This document shows, piece after piece, positions 23,420 to 31,327 of a stretch of DNA of 32,000 nucleotides. Under the pieces are notes generated by a model. That model was not told the DNA's origin, ran no database searches, and was given only the letters and a program-made list of their open reading frames with translations. The stretch is from Candidatus Saccharimonadota bacterium. Its GTDB lineage: Archaea; Nanobdellota; Nanobdellia; Pacearchaeales; GW2011-AR1. Every line of letters starts with the position of its first letter. The first letter of the stretch is position 1. A program made the position numbers and the translations under genes. The stretch covers positions 30,001 through 62,000 of the forward strand of contig JBEKXS010000001.1 of the NCBI GenBank assembly GCA_049511795.1, read 5' to 3'.

Positions 23420-24028
23420 TCAAAATAACTTGGATTTCAAATAGTTTTCGTTTACCTTTTCCCAATTGACGACATTCCAGAATGCATCAACATAATCAGG
23501 CCTTCTGTTTTGATATTTCAAGTAATAAGCATGCTCCCAAACATCTATTCCAAGAACAGGAATCAGTCCCTGACTTATTGGATTATCTTGGTTTGTTGTT
23601 TTAACAATTTCCAATTCTTTTTTTGAATTCAAGACAAGCCATGCCCATCCGCTTCCGAAGACAGTTGTTGCAGCGTCCTTGAATAATTCCTTGAATTTGT
23701 CAAAACTTCCGAATTTTTTGTTAATTGCCTGAAAGACTTCTCCCTTTGGCTGCATTCCTTTTTTCAAAATAGGCCAGAAGAAAGAATGATTAACATGCCC
23801 CCCTCCATTGTTTCTTACAGCTGTTCTTATATCTTCAGGAACAGAATTCAAATCTTTAATCAAATCTTCAGCTGTCTTGTTCTGCAATTCTGGATGAGAT
23901 TCCAGTGCCTTGTTGAGTTTGTCTACATAAGCCTGATGATGCTTTGTATAATGGATTTCCATTGTTTTTGTATCTATGAAAGGCTCAAGTGCATCATACG
24001 CATAAGCTAGTTTTGGTAGTGTGTGCAT
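23420..24028 (-). CDS. sod: Fe/Mn superoxide dismutase
   Basis: [22 protein letters not shown] and DVWEHAYYL metal-ligand motifs. Confidence 0.95.
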   Translation of the reverse strand: MHTLPKLAYAYDALEPFIDTKTMEIHYTKHHQAYVDKLNKALESHPELQNKTAEDLIKDLNSVPEDIRTAVRNNGGGHVNHSFFWPILKKGMQPKGEVFQAINKKFGSFDKFKELFKDAATTVFGSGWAWLVLNSKKELEIVKTTNQDNPISQGLIPVLGIDVWEHAYYLKYQNRRPDYVDAFWNVVNWEKVNENYLKSKLF

Positions 24029-24109
24029 GTTAATAACCCCTTAAAATTAAGTTAATTTGTCAGGAAATAAAGGTTTTTAATATTTGTGGATTTGCTATCT
24101 ACAAGGCAT

Positions 24110-24191
24110 GCCCGGATGGCACAATGGTACTGCGCCGGTCTCGAAAACCGGTTTCCGAAAGGATTTCTAGGTCCGATTCCTAGTCCGGGCG
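24110..24191 (+). tRNA. tRNA-Ser(CGA), long variable arm, no encoded CCA
   Basis: Acceptor GCCCGGA/TCCGGGC, 3-bp D stem, anticodon stem CCGGT/ACCGG, loop CTCGAAA, variable arm TTTCCGAAAGGATTT, T arm CTAGG-TCCGATT-CCTAG. A T-run follows. Confidence 0.8.
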
Positions 24192-24263
24192 ATTTTTTAA
24201 ATTCACATCAAAAGAAGTATTTATAAGAGAATTTATCTTAGAATAATTAATAGTGTTAATAAA

Positions 24264-24437
24264 ATGAATAAAACAAATAAACTAATTTTCTCGCTGTTTA
24301 TTGGGGTTGTAGCGATGGTTATAGCAAGTCTTGTTCATTCAAGCTGGAGTTTTACTAATCTGTTGATATTTGGGTTAGTAGTATTTGTAGTAACATGGAT
24401 ATTAACTTTACTGATAAAAAGGAAAAGAGCTAAATAA
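24264..24437 (+). CDS. Possible 57-aa two-helix membrane protein
   Basis: Manually translated: MNKTNKLIFSLFIGVVAMVIASLVHSSWSFTNLLIFGLVVFVVTWILTLLIKRKRAK. Below the ORF-track length cut-off. Confidence 0.3.
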   Translation: MNKTNKLIFSLFIGVVAMVIASLVHSSWSFTNLLIFGLVVFVVTWILTLLIKRKRAK

Positions 24438-24458
24438 TTCTTTATAAGAAATAAAAAG

Positions 24459-24529
24459 TGCGCCGGCCGAGAATTGAACTCGGGTCTGAACCTTGGCAAG
24501 GTCCTATTCTACCACTTAACTACCAGCGC
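24459..24529 (-). tRNA. tRNA-Gly(GCC), no encoded CCA
   Basis: Acceptor GCGCTGG/CCGGCGC, anticodon stem GGACC/GGTTC, loop TTGCCAA, T arm CCGAG-TTCAATT-CTCGG. Confidence 0.85.
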
Positions 24530-24569
24530 ATGTTTTAGAGAAATTCAGGTTGTTTTTAAAATTTTAGAA

Positions 24570-24950
24570 TTAGTGTTTTCCGTTTTTGTTCTTCTTCTTT
24601 TGTTTCCATCCTATAAAAAACAAAATACCTATTAAAAATGCAGGACCTGCAATTTGGAGAATCCATAATAAATAATACCCTTGAAAAAGTGACCTTATCA
24701 TTACCGATATAATGTAAAGCAATCCTGCTAAAACAAAGGAAATTGCCCCGAAAAGTTCATGTTTCCAGGCAATTATTAAACAAACCAATAAAATAATTGA
24801 TGGAAGATTATGGATGAATAAACCAACACAACAGCTTAAGAAATTGTTACAGCTATCAAAAACATCAAAGGAAAATACAGCTAGAAATAAAATAAATAAT
24901 ATTGCCAATATTCTAGATGCCCAGAATATAAAACCTCTTTTTTTCGCCAT
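24570..24950 (-). CDS. Multi-pass membrane protein, 126 aa
   Basis: Four hydrophobic helices. The ATG lies only 8 nt after the tRNA-Val discriminator base. Confidence 0.55.
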   Translation of the reverse strand: MAKKRGFIFWASRILAILFILFLAVFSFDVFDSCNNFLSCCVGLFIHNLPSIILLVCLIIAWKHELFGAISFVLAGLLYIISVMIRSLFQGYYLLWILQIAGPAFLIGILFFIGWKQKKKNKNGKH

Positions 24951-24958
24951 CTCTTGAA

Positions 24959-25029
24959 TGGTCCTAGCAGGGATCGAACCTGCGCCTAGTCGGTGTAAAC
25001 GACTTGTTCTGCCATTAGACTATAGGACC
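24959..25029 (-). tRNA. tRNA-Val(UAC), no encoded CCA
   Basis: Acceptor GGTCCTA/TAGGACC, anticodon stem AGTCG/CGACT, loop TTTACAC, T arm GCAGG-TTCGATC-CCTGC. One D-stem mismatch. Confidence 0.8.
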
Positions 25030-25165
25030 GCTTAAAATTATACTTGAATATGGCTTTTAAGTTTTTGGCTTTTTTGCTTAAAACTCTGTCATTAAATATT
25101 ATTTATTAACTTAAAAGTGACATCATTTCACAAAGTTTATAAAGTAGCAATTTATCCCACCTTTT

Positions 25166-25318
25166 ATGAAGATTAAGATAAGTATCTCTATGGAAGAAGA
25201 GCTTGACAAGAGGCTCGAAGACAAAGTAAAGGACAGCATTTTCAGAAACAAAAGTCATTTAATTGAGTATGCTGTAAAATCATTCTTAAAAAAAGAGAAA
25301 ATGGGGGCAAGGAGATAA
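25166..25318 (+). CDS. Ribbon-helix-helix (CopG/MetJ-like) DNA-binding protein, 50 aa
   Basis: Manually translated: MKIKISISMEEELDKRLEDKVKDSIFRNKSHLIEYAVKSFLKKEKMGARR. The pattern is beta-strand then two helices. TATA TTTATAAA (25136-25143) lies 22 nt upstream. Its stop overlaps the next ATG (TAATG). Confidence 0.55.
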   Translation: MKIKISISMEEELDKRLEDKVKDSIFRNKSHLIEYAVKSFLKKEKMGARR

Positions 25319-25848
25319 TGGAAAATAACAACGGACAGAAGAAAAAATCTAGAATGGAAAGCATTGTTGATACTGCAGGACAAATGCTTCTTTCACTCAC
25401 AGGAGCTCCTACTGATTATCTTTCTGGTTTAAGGGGTGTTGGAATTCTCGCAGCAAGATCATACGGAGCATTAGCTATTTTGCCTACAGGAGCATTTTAT
25501 GGGAAATGTAGAAATCATTGCTATAAAGATAGAAAAGTAACTGATGAAAGTCCTTTATCTAAAAAATGGTTGGCAGAAATGAAAGCATTTCTAAGTTTTC
25601 AGGTTCCTCTGTATGCAACTACTTTGGCTATGGGCAGTCTTGCTTCTCATCTTGGTTATCATGAATTAAAAGTTGACCCTGAAAAGATATTAACTGGAGT
25701 TGGACTTTTAACTTTAGCATCTCCAATAGCTGCACCGGGTACAGGATTATGGATGGAAGCAGGCAGAAAAATCTTCGGTTTAGATTCTGCAGGCAAAAAA
25801 GCAAGAAAAAGTCTTGAAGGAGAATTAATTAAATCAACAACTTTATAA
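25318..25848 (+). CDS. Membrane protein resembling the AlaE (L-alanine exporter) family
   Basis: Recalled similarity to E. coli AlaE: DT..., SG(L/M), P.G.FYG/PYGMYR, LAEMKAFLSFQVPLYA versus LADILAYVTFQSPVYV, G..G...E.GRKIF. This is a call from memory and has not been searched. Confidence 0.4.
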   Translation: MENNNGQKKKSRMESIVDTAGQMLLSLTGAPTDYLSGLRGVGILAARSYGALAILPTGAFYGKCRNHCYKDRKVTDESPLSKKWLAEMKAFLSFQVPLYATTLAMGSLASHLGYHELKVDPEKILTGVGLLTLASPIAAPGTGLWMEAGRKIFGLDSAGKKARKSLEGELIKSTTL

Positions 25849-25885
25849 AAACAAATAAACTTTTACAATAGAAACACAACAAACA

Positions 25886-27730
25886 ATGACAGACAAAAAA
25901 AACAAGGACGAAAAACATGAGAATTCTGAAATGCAGGAAATACCTGGTATGGATTTGAATAATCAATACAGCGGTAAGAAGCCAATTCTTCCTGAAGGAA
26001 CAGAAAAACTTCAGAAAGAAATGGAGAAGACAAAAAAAGAATTTGACAAAATTAAGGCTGCAATTGTCAAGAAATATCCCTTTGTTCAGGCAATAGGGTT
26101 AATTGCTCCGCAGGCCGTGAAGCTTTTTGTCGAGGATGAAATAGGGGAAAATGTTCCACCTGAAGAACTTGCAAAACTGCAGAAGAAAAATCATATTTAT
26201 GTAATAATTCCTGAGGAAAAATTCAAGGAAATACCAAAAATAAAGAAAGAAATCATTGAAGAAGTTGAGAAAATAAAAAAAGATGTCTGGATTTATGTAA
26301 AAACTCCTGTTGATATCTGGGAAGCTTGCCTTGACAGCAAGTTTGACTTGGTTTCTGCAATAGGAATGTCTTATCCTCTTTATGATACAGGAATTTTGGA
26401 ATCTTTGAGAGTTGCAGAAATACACAAGGCACTTGTTCTTCAGAAATTTGATAAATATATTGTTTCATATGTTATTGCAGGAAGCATGGTAAGAGGAGAC
26501 ACAACAAAAGAATCAGACGTTGATGTTTTTATTGTCATAAATGATACAGATGTCAAGAGAATGCCAAGGCTTGAGCTTAAGGAAAGGCTCAGAAGCATGA
26601 TTTTGAATTATATTGGTGAAGCAACAGCACTTGCAGGCTCTAAGAAAAATATTCTTAATGTTCAGCCGTATCTTTTGACTGATTTCTGGGAAAGTGTCAA
26701 GGATGCTCATCCAGTCATGTTCACTTTCATAAGAGATGGTGTTCCATTGTATGATAGAGGAACCTTTTTGCCATGGAAAGCTTTGCTTAAAATGGGAAGA
26801 TTGAAACCAAGCCCCGAAGCAATTGATATGTTCATGTCAATGGGAGACAAGGCTGTTAAAAGGGCAAAGGCAACTTTTATGGATATTCTTGTCCAGGATA
26901 TTTACTGGAGCATACTTACTCCAAGCCAGGCATTATTGATGCTTTACGGGCTTCCACCTCCAACACCAAAGCAGACAGCTGCGGAAATGAAAAGAGTATT
27001 TATGGACAAGGAAAAAATGCTTGAGAAAAAATACATCACAATACTTGAAACAATAATTCAGGCATACAAGGATTTCGAGCATGAAAAACTTAAGGAAATA
27101 AAAGGTGCAGAATTAGATAAAATGCTTGCAGATACAGAAGATTATCTCAAGAGATTGCAGGAACTTAGAAAGCAGATAGAGAAAAGAAGCCAGGAAAAAA
27201 CAATAGACCAAAGTTATACAGACATTTTCAATCTTCTTGAAGCTATTTTCGGTAAAAAGAAGCAGACAGAGCTTGTTGATGATTTTGAAAAACTTGTAAA
27301 AGAAGGAAAGTTCACTCAGAATCACTTAAGAATCCTTAAGGATGTTGTTGGAGCGAGAGTAGAGTTCAAAAAAGGAAAACTTGATTCAAGAAAAGTTGAT
27401 GAAGCAAGAAAAAATGCCTCTATCCTAATAAATGAACTTATTGACTATTCGCAGAGAGCTGATTTAATGAAAATGGAGAAGGGAAGAATGAGAATAAAAT
27501 ACATGAAAGGCGGACAGAATGTAAATGCAGAGCTTTTGCATTGCAACGGAACCAGTTTCTTGTTTGAAGGAGAAACAGTAAAAAAAATAACAGACAAAAT
27601 CGAAAACTCCAGCATGAAAGAAGTTTCTGAATGCATGGCAAACCAGAAAATGTCAAAATCATTGGAAATAAAGCCAAAAGTCTTTGAGCTTTTGAAAAAA
27701 GAACTTGGTGATTTTGAAATAATCCTGTAA
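25886..27730 (+). CDS. Large Pol-beta-superfamily nucleotidyltransferase with an N-terminal degenerate NTase-like copy and helical C-terminal region
   Basis: Active motif AGSMVRGDTTKESDVDVFIVIND (GS..D.D). Residues about 60-190 repeat the fold pattern (HIYVIIPEE.., IYVKTPVDIWEACLDSKFDLVSAIGMSYPLYDTG) without GS/DxD. Confidence 0.65.
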   Translation: MTDKKNKDEKHENSEMQEIPGMDLNNQYSGKKPILPEGTEKLQKEMEKTKKEFDKIKAAIVKKYPFVQAIGLIAPQAVKLFVEDEIGENVPPEELAKLQKKNHIYVIIPEEKFKEIPKIKKEIIEEVEKIKKDVWIYVKTPVDIWEACLDSKFDLVSAIGMSYPLYDTGILESLRVAEIHKALVLQKFDKYIVSYVIAGSMVRGDTTKESDVDVFIVINDTDVKRMPRLELKERLRSMILNYIGEATALAGSKKNILNVQPYLLTDFWESVKDAHPVMFTFIRDGVPLYDRGTFLPWKALLKMGRLKPSPEAIDMFMSMGDKAVKRAKATFMDILVQDIYWSILTPSQALLMLYGLPPPTPKQTAAEMKRVFMDKEKMLEKKYITILETIIQAYKDFEHEKLKEIKGAELDKMLADTEDYLKRLQELRKQIEKRSQEKTIDQSYTDIFNLLEAIFGKKKQTELVDDFEKLVKEGKFTQNHLRILKDVVGARVEFKKGKLDSRKVDEARKNASILINELIDYSQRADLMKMEKGRMRIKYMKGGQNVNAELLHCNGTSFLFEGETVKKITDKIENSSMKEVSECMANQKMSKSLEIKPKVFELLKKELGDFEIIL

Positions 27731-27731
27731 A

Positions 27732-28811
27732 ATGGAATATTTGTTCATTCTTGGAAGAAATCCAGAACTTTCAATTCTTGAATTGCAGGGATTTTTTGGA
27801 AATTTCAATTACAAAAAGCAAAAAAATGCGATTTTGGCAGAAGTTCCTGAAATAAAAAAAAGAATTATCAACCGTTTTGGTGGAGTTATTGCAATTGGGC
27901 AGGTTATTGATATAAAAAAATTGAACTCGCCTAATACAACTTCTAATAAACTAAATTATGTTGTATGGAATTTTACAGATAATGATAAATTTTTCGATGA
28001 AATCAGGGAAGAATTAAAAATCAAGTTCAAGGAAGATAGCTTTAAGGCAACAGAAAAGAAAGTATCAAATTTTCTCAAGCTGCAATCAGGGCAAGAAGTA
28101 AGAACCTTGAGCTCAAACAAGCTTATTGATGAGCAGTATTTTGTTTTTAATGATAAATTTGGGAAAATAATTGAAACCTGCAATTATGAAGAACTTGAAA
28201 AACAGGACATGGAAAAACCCGTGAGAAGAGAAAGCTTGGCAATTTCTCCTCGTTTATCTAAAATAATGATTAATCTTTCGAAAACAAAGCCAGGAGAAAC
28301 AATTGTTGACCCTTTTTGTGGGGTTGGTGTTATTTTGCAGGAAGCCTTAAGAGATGGAATAAATGTTATTGGAATTGACAAAGATCCTGAAGCAATACAA
28401 GGAATTTTGAAGAACCTGAAATGGGGGAAATTTTCAGAGGAAAACTACAAAATTATCAATGGAGATTCAAGCACTGTAAAAATAAAAAAATCAAATGCAA
28501 TTGTTACAGAGCCTAGCTTGGGCCAGGTTCTCAAATATGCACCTAACAAGGAAACAGCGATTGAAATGATAAAAGAATATGAAAAATTAATTATCAGGGT
28601 TTTGAACAATATGAAGGAAAATATTACAGGAAGATTTGTTTTTACAGGCCCATTTATACAGACGACATCAAAATCAGCTGTAAAGAGAATAGGATGCGAT
28701 GTAAACAAGATTCTCAGCAACACAAGGCTCAGGCTTGTTTCTGGATTTCCCATTGCAGAATTCAGAGAAAACCAAGCTGTCGGCAGGGAAATTTTTGTTT
28801 TAGTTCATTAA
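27732..28811 (+). CDS. Trm11/Trm-G10 (COG1041)-like SAM-dependent methyltransferase with non-canonical motif IV
   Basis: The N-terminus MEYLFILGRNPELSILEL is typical of COG1041. ..SPRLSKIMINLSK..GETIVDPFCGVGVILQEA..GINVIGIDKD is motif I/II. The expected DPPYG is TEPSLG. The ATG lies 1 nt after the upstream stop. Confidence 0.6.
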   Translation: MEYLFILGRNPELSILELQGFFGNFNYKKQKNAILAEVPEIKKRIINRFGGVIAIGQVIDIKKLNSPNTTSNKLNYVVWNFTDNDKFFDEIREELKIKFKEDSFKATEKKVSNFLKLQSGQEVRTLSSNKLIDEQYFVFNDKFGKIIETCNYEELEKQDMEKPVRRESLAISPRLSKIMINLSKTKPGETIVDPFCGVGVILQEALRDGINVIGIDKDPEAIQGILKNLKWGKFSEENYKIINGDSSTVKIKKSNAIVTEPSLGQVLKYAPNKETAIEMIKEYEKLIIRVLNNMKENITGRFVFTGPFIQTTSKSAVKRIGCDVNKILSNTRLRLVSGFPIAEFRENQAVGREIFVLVH

Positions 28812-28857
28812 TTTTGCATTAAAAACCTTTAAAAACTATTTTTCTTGATGTTATATA

Positions 28858-29118
28858 ATGACAAACGGAAGAGTTATACAATTCAGAAGAGGAGTAAATA
28901 CTATTCGGGAAAGGCATTTTATCATAGAACCTGAAGGAGTAAAAGACAGGAAAGAAGCTTCACAGCTTATAGGAAAAATTGTTGAATGGAAATCTCCTGC
29001 AGGCAAAATAATCAAGGGAAAAATCACTGCTGCACACGGAACCAAAGGCCTTGTTCGCGTTGTCTTTGAGCGTGGATTGCCGGGCCAGGCATTGATAACA
29101 AAGGTGGAGATAAAATAA
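28858..29118 (+). CDS. rpl35ae: Ribosomal protein L35Ae (eL33)
   Basis: 86 aa with ..GKIVEWKSPAGKIIKGKITAAHGTKGLVRVVFERGLPGQA.. TATA TTTAAAAA lies 22 nt upstream. Confidence 0.85.
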   Translation: MTNGRVIQFRRGVNTIRERHFIIEPEGVKDRKEASQLIGKIVEWKSPAGKIIKGKITAAHGTKGLVRVVFERGLPGQALITKVEIK

Positions 29119-29119
29119 A

Positions 29120-29671
29120 ATGGCACTAAGAAAAGCATCTGCATACACACACAAGCACGTTGTTCCTTTCACAAGGACAAGCAGCAAAAAAGGGAAAGCT
29201 TACATAAAGACAGTTCCGCCTCAGGCAATTGTCAAATTCTCAATGGGCTCTCAAGGTGATTTCGAATCTGGAAAACTTCCCTTTGTTCTTACAATGATAG
29301 CTGAAGAGCATGCGCAGATAAGAAACAATGCTTTGGAAGCTGCAAGGCAGTACATAAACAAGCAGCTTGATACAGACCTTCCAGGACAATATTATTTCAA
29401 GGTCGTTCCTTACCCACATCACATTCAGAGGGAAAACAAAATGCTTACAGGAGCTGGTGCAGATAGAATGCAGACAGGAATGCAGCTTTCATTCGGGAAA
29501 TCTGTAGGAAAAGCAGCAATTGTAAGGCCAAATGATCCAATTTTTATGATTGCAATTCCAAATGAAAAAGCAACTGTAACTGTAAGAGAAATATTTAGGA
29601 TAGTCAAGCCAAAGCTTCCCTGCAAGACAAAGATACTTTCTGAAATAAAACAAGCGCCTCCTCAAATCTAA
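29120..29671 (+). CDS. rpl10e: Ribosomal protein L10e (uL16)
   Basis: MALRKASAYT..PFTR.S....YI...P...I.KF.MG pattern. 1-nt gap after rpl35ae. Confidence 0.9.
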   Translation: MALRKASAYTHKHVVPFTRTSSKKGKAYIKTVPPQAIVKFSMGSQGDFESGKLPFVLTMIAEEHAQIRNNALEAARQYINKQLDTDLPGQYYFKVVPYPHHIQRENKMLTGAGADRMQTGMQLSFGKSVGKAAIVRPNDPIFMIAIPNEKATVTVREIFRIVKPKLPCKTKILSEIKQAPPQI

Positions 29672-29700
29672 CTTATTATTAACTATGTAGTAGTTACATC

Positions 29701-29718
29701 CACAATATTTATAAATAT
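29701..29718 (+). promoter_or_regulatory. Promoter 18-mer CACAATATTTATAAATAT (identical copy on minus strand at 2556-2573)
   Basis: An exact 18-nt repeat upstream of two unrelated genes. The TATA 8-mer lies 28 nt upstream of the 29744 ATG. Confidence 0.45.
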
Positions 29719-29743
29719 CAAAATCATGAAAAAATATAATAAA

Positions 29744-30325
29744 ATGGCTAAACAAACAAAACCAGACTTTCAGAAGTACCAGTATGGTGCATTAGCTGGA
29801 AGATTCCTGGCATCCAAAGAAAGTGGTAGATATGCTCCCGGAGCTTTAGAAGTTCTTGCAGGCGCAAAAGGTCTTGATCTTGGCGAAGAAGCTCTTGGTT
29901 TCATAAGAGGAACACAGGCTTCTGAAAAAGGAATTCAAACAGCAGCAGGAATTTATACTGGTAAATTTGAAGAGAAAAGAGGAGAATATACTCCTGCAGA
30001 ATTAGCTAATTGGTACGGACCTGTATTAGCTTATGCAAATTTAGAAAAAAAAGATCAGGATAAAATTCTTGCAACATTAAATGAGCATGATGAAACTTTA
30101 AATGCAATTAGAGAAGCTTCTGAAAAAGCAAATTACATTGTAGATGCTCCTGATGGACTTTTCACTGATGAGCAAAAAGATAGGGCAAAGAAACTTGTGG
30201 AAAAATATCAAAAAGTCTTGCTTGTAATAAATGTTCTTGACAACTATAAGTTTGAATCATTAAGAAGCGATGCAGTCACTGTAACAAGCGCAACAGATTT
30301 AAAGGGTCTAGCTTCTAAACTTTAA
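29744..30325 (+). CDS. Hypothetical protein, 193 aa
   Basis: ORF. The 29726 ATG lies only 10 nt from the TATA box, so MAKQTKPDF (29744) is preferred. Confidence 0.5.
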   Translation: MAKQTKPDFQKYQYGALAGRFLASKESGRYAPGALEVLAGAKGLDLGEEALGFIRGTQASEKGIQTAAGIYTGKFEEKRGEYTPAELANWYGPVLAYANLEKKDQDKILATLNEHDETLNAIREASEKANYIVDAPDGLFTDEQKDRAKKLVEKYQKVLLVINVLDNYKFESLRSDAVTVTSATDLKGLASKL

Positions 30326-30378
30326 TTTTATTTTAATTTATATTAATTTGTAAAAAATTATACATTTTGGGGCTTATT

Positions 30379-30402
30379 AAGCATTGATTTTTGTTAATGC
30401 TT
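30379..30402. terminator. 7-bp hairpin between convergent genes
   Basis: AAGCATT-gatttttgtt-AATGCTT in a T-rich context between the 30325 stop and the 30426 stop. Confidence 0.35.
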
Positions 30403-30425
30403 GCCCACGAAATTTTTATATTCAA

Positions 30426-31277
30426 TTATTCAATCAAATCCTTGACAAGTTGTGCCATTACATCCAAGAATTCTTCTGTCCTGTCCTGCCAAGCATCAAT
30501 TTCAATACCACGAAGCTCATTAATTTCTCCGTGAGCTATTTTTTTATGAAGAACGAGCAAATCCCTGTACCATATTACATATTTCATGTTAAGCTTTTTT
30601 TCATCGACAAATGTTGTTTTCAAGTCAATTCCAACATGCTCTGGCGAAGCAGGAGGAACATTTGCGGCTATGAGTGCAGCATGAGCTGAATCAACCATCG
30701 CCCAATACAATCCTTCTATTGAGTTTAATACAGAAACTTTGCTTCTCATTATATGCATCGGAGCTCTCTGTAGTGCACTATATATTGCTTCTGGAGTTGA
30801 TTTTATTTTTCCTTTTAATAAAAGACTTTTTAATGGGTCAAAAAATCCAGCCATATCAATCATTGCCTCTCCATAACGGAGAACATTAAGTACAACAGGA
30901 TCTCCGCGCATCAAATCTTCCCACCATGTGCTTAGCTTGACAGTATTTATGTGCAAAGCCATTTGGTAAGGATTTGCCTTTATTATTTTTTCAAGCTCTT
31001 CCCTGTACCATGCAATTAATTCTTCATCCCAGTTTATTGCAACATCATCAAGAAGAATTATTATGTCAATATCAGACCCTGTCACAGCTGTCTGTTTTGC
31101 AGTTGAGCCAAAAAGAACAACTGACTTTATCAGCTTGTCAAATCTCTGGTAAGCTTTTGTTGCAAAATCCATTGCAATGTCACTTTCTTTTTTAAGCTGT
31201 AATGTAGGAATATTTTTTGGAATCTTCGGAATTTTTAATTTAGAATTTGCTTTCTTCACAACTCTTTTTTTTGCCAT
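30426..31277 (-). CDS. Nucleotidyltransferase plus helical (HEPN-like) domain protein, paralog of the 25886 core
   Basis: VVLFGSTAKQTAVTGSDIDIIILLDD (GS..D.D). Collinear similarity to the 614-aa protein (DPVVLNVLRYGEAMIDMAGFFDPLKSLLLKGKIKSTPEAI versus HPVMFTFIRDGVPLYDRGTFLPWKALLKMGRLKPSPEAI). Confidence 0.7.
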   Translation of the reverse strand: MAKKRVVKKANSKLKIPKIPKNIPTLQLKKESDIAMDFATKAYQRFDKLIKSVVLFGSTAKQTAVTGSDIDIIILLDDVAINWDEELIAWYREELEKIIKANPYQMALHINTVKLSTWWEDLMRGDPVVLNVLRYGEAMIDMAGFFDPLKSLLLKGKIKSTPEAIYSALQRAPMHIMRSKVSVLNSIEGLYWAMVDSAHAALIAANVPPASPEHVGIDLKTTFVDEKKLNMKYVIWYRDLLVLHKKIAHGEINELRGIEIDAWQDRTEEFLDVMAQLVKDLIE

Positions 31278-31327
31278 TTTATATGCTACAATATATATTA
31301 TCCAATATAGTTTTTAAATTTACTCAA

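Noticed and set aside
28851-29150. 99-aa minus-strand ORF across rpl35ae and rpl10e.
   Set aside because: It is antisense to two highly conserved ribosomal protein genes.
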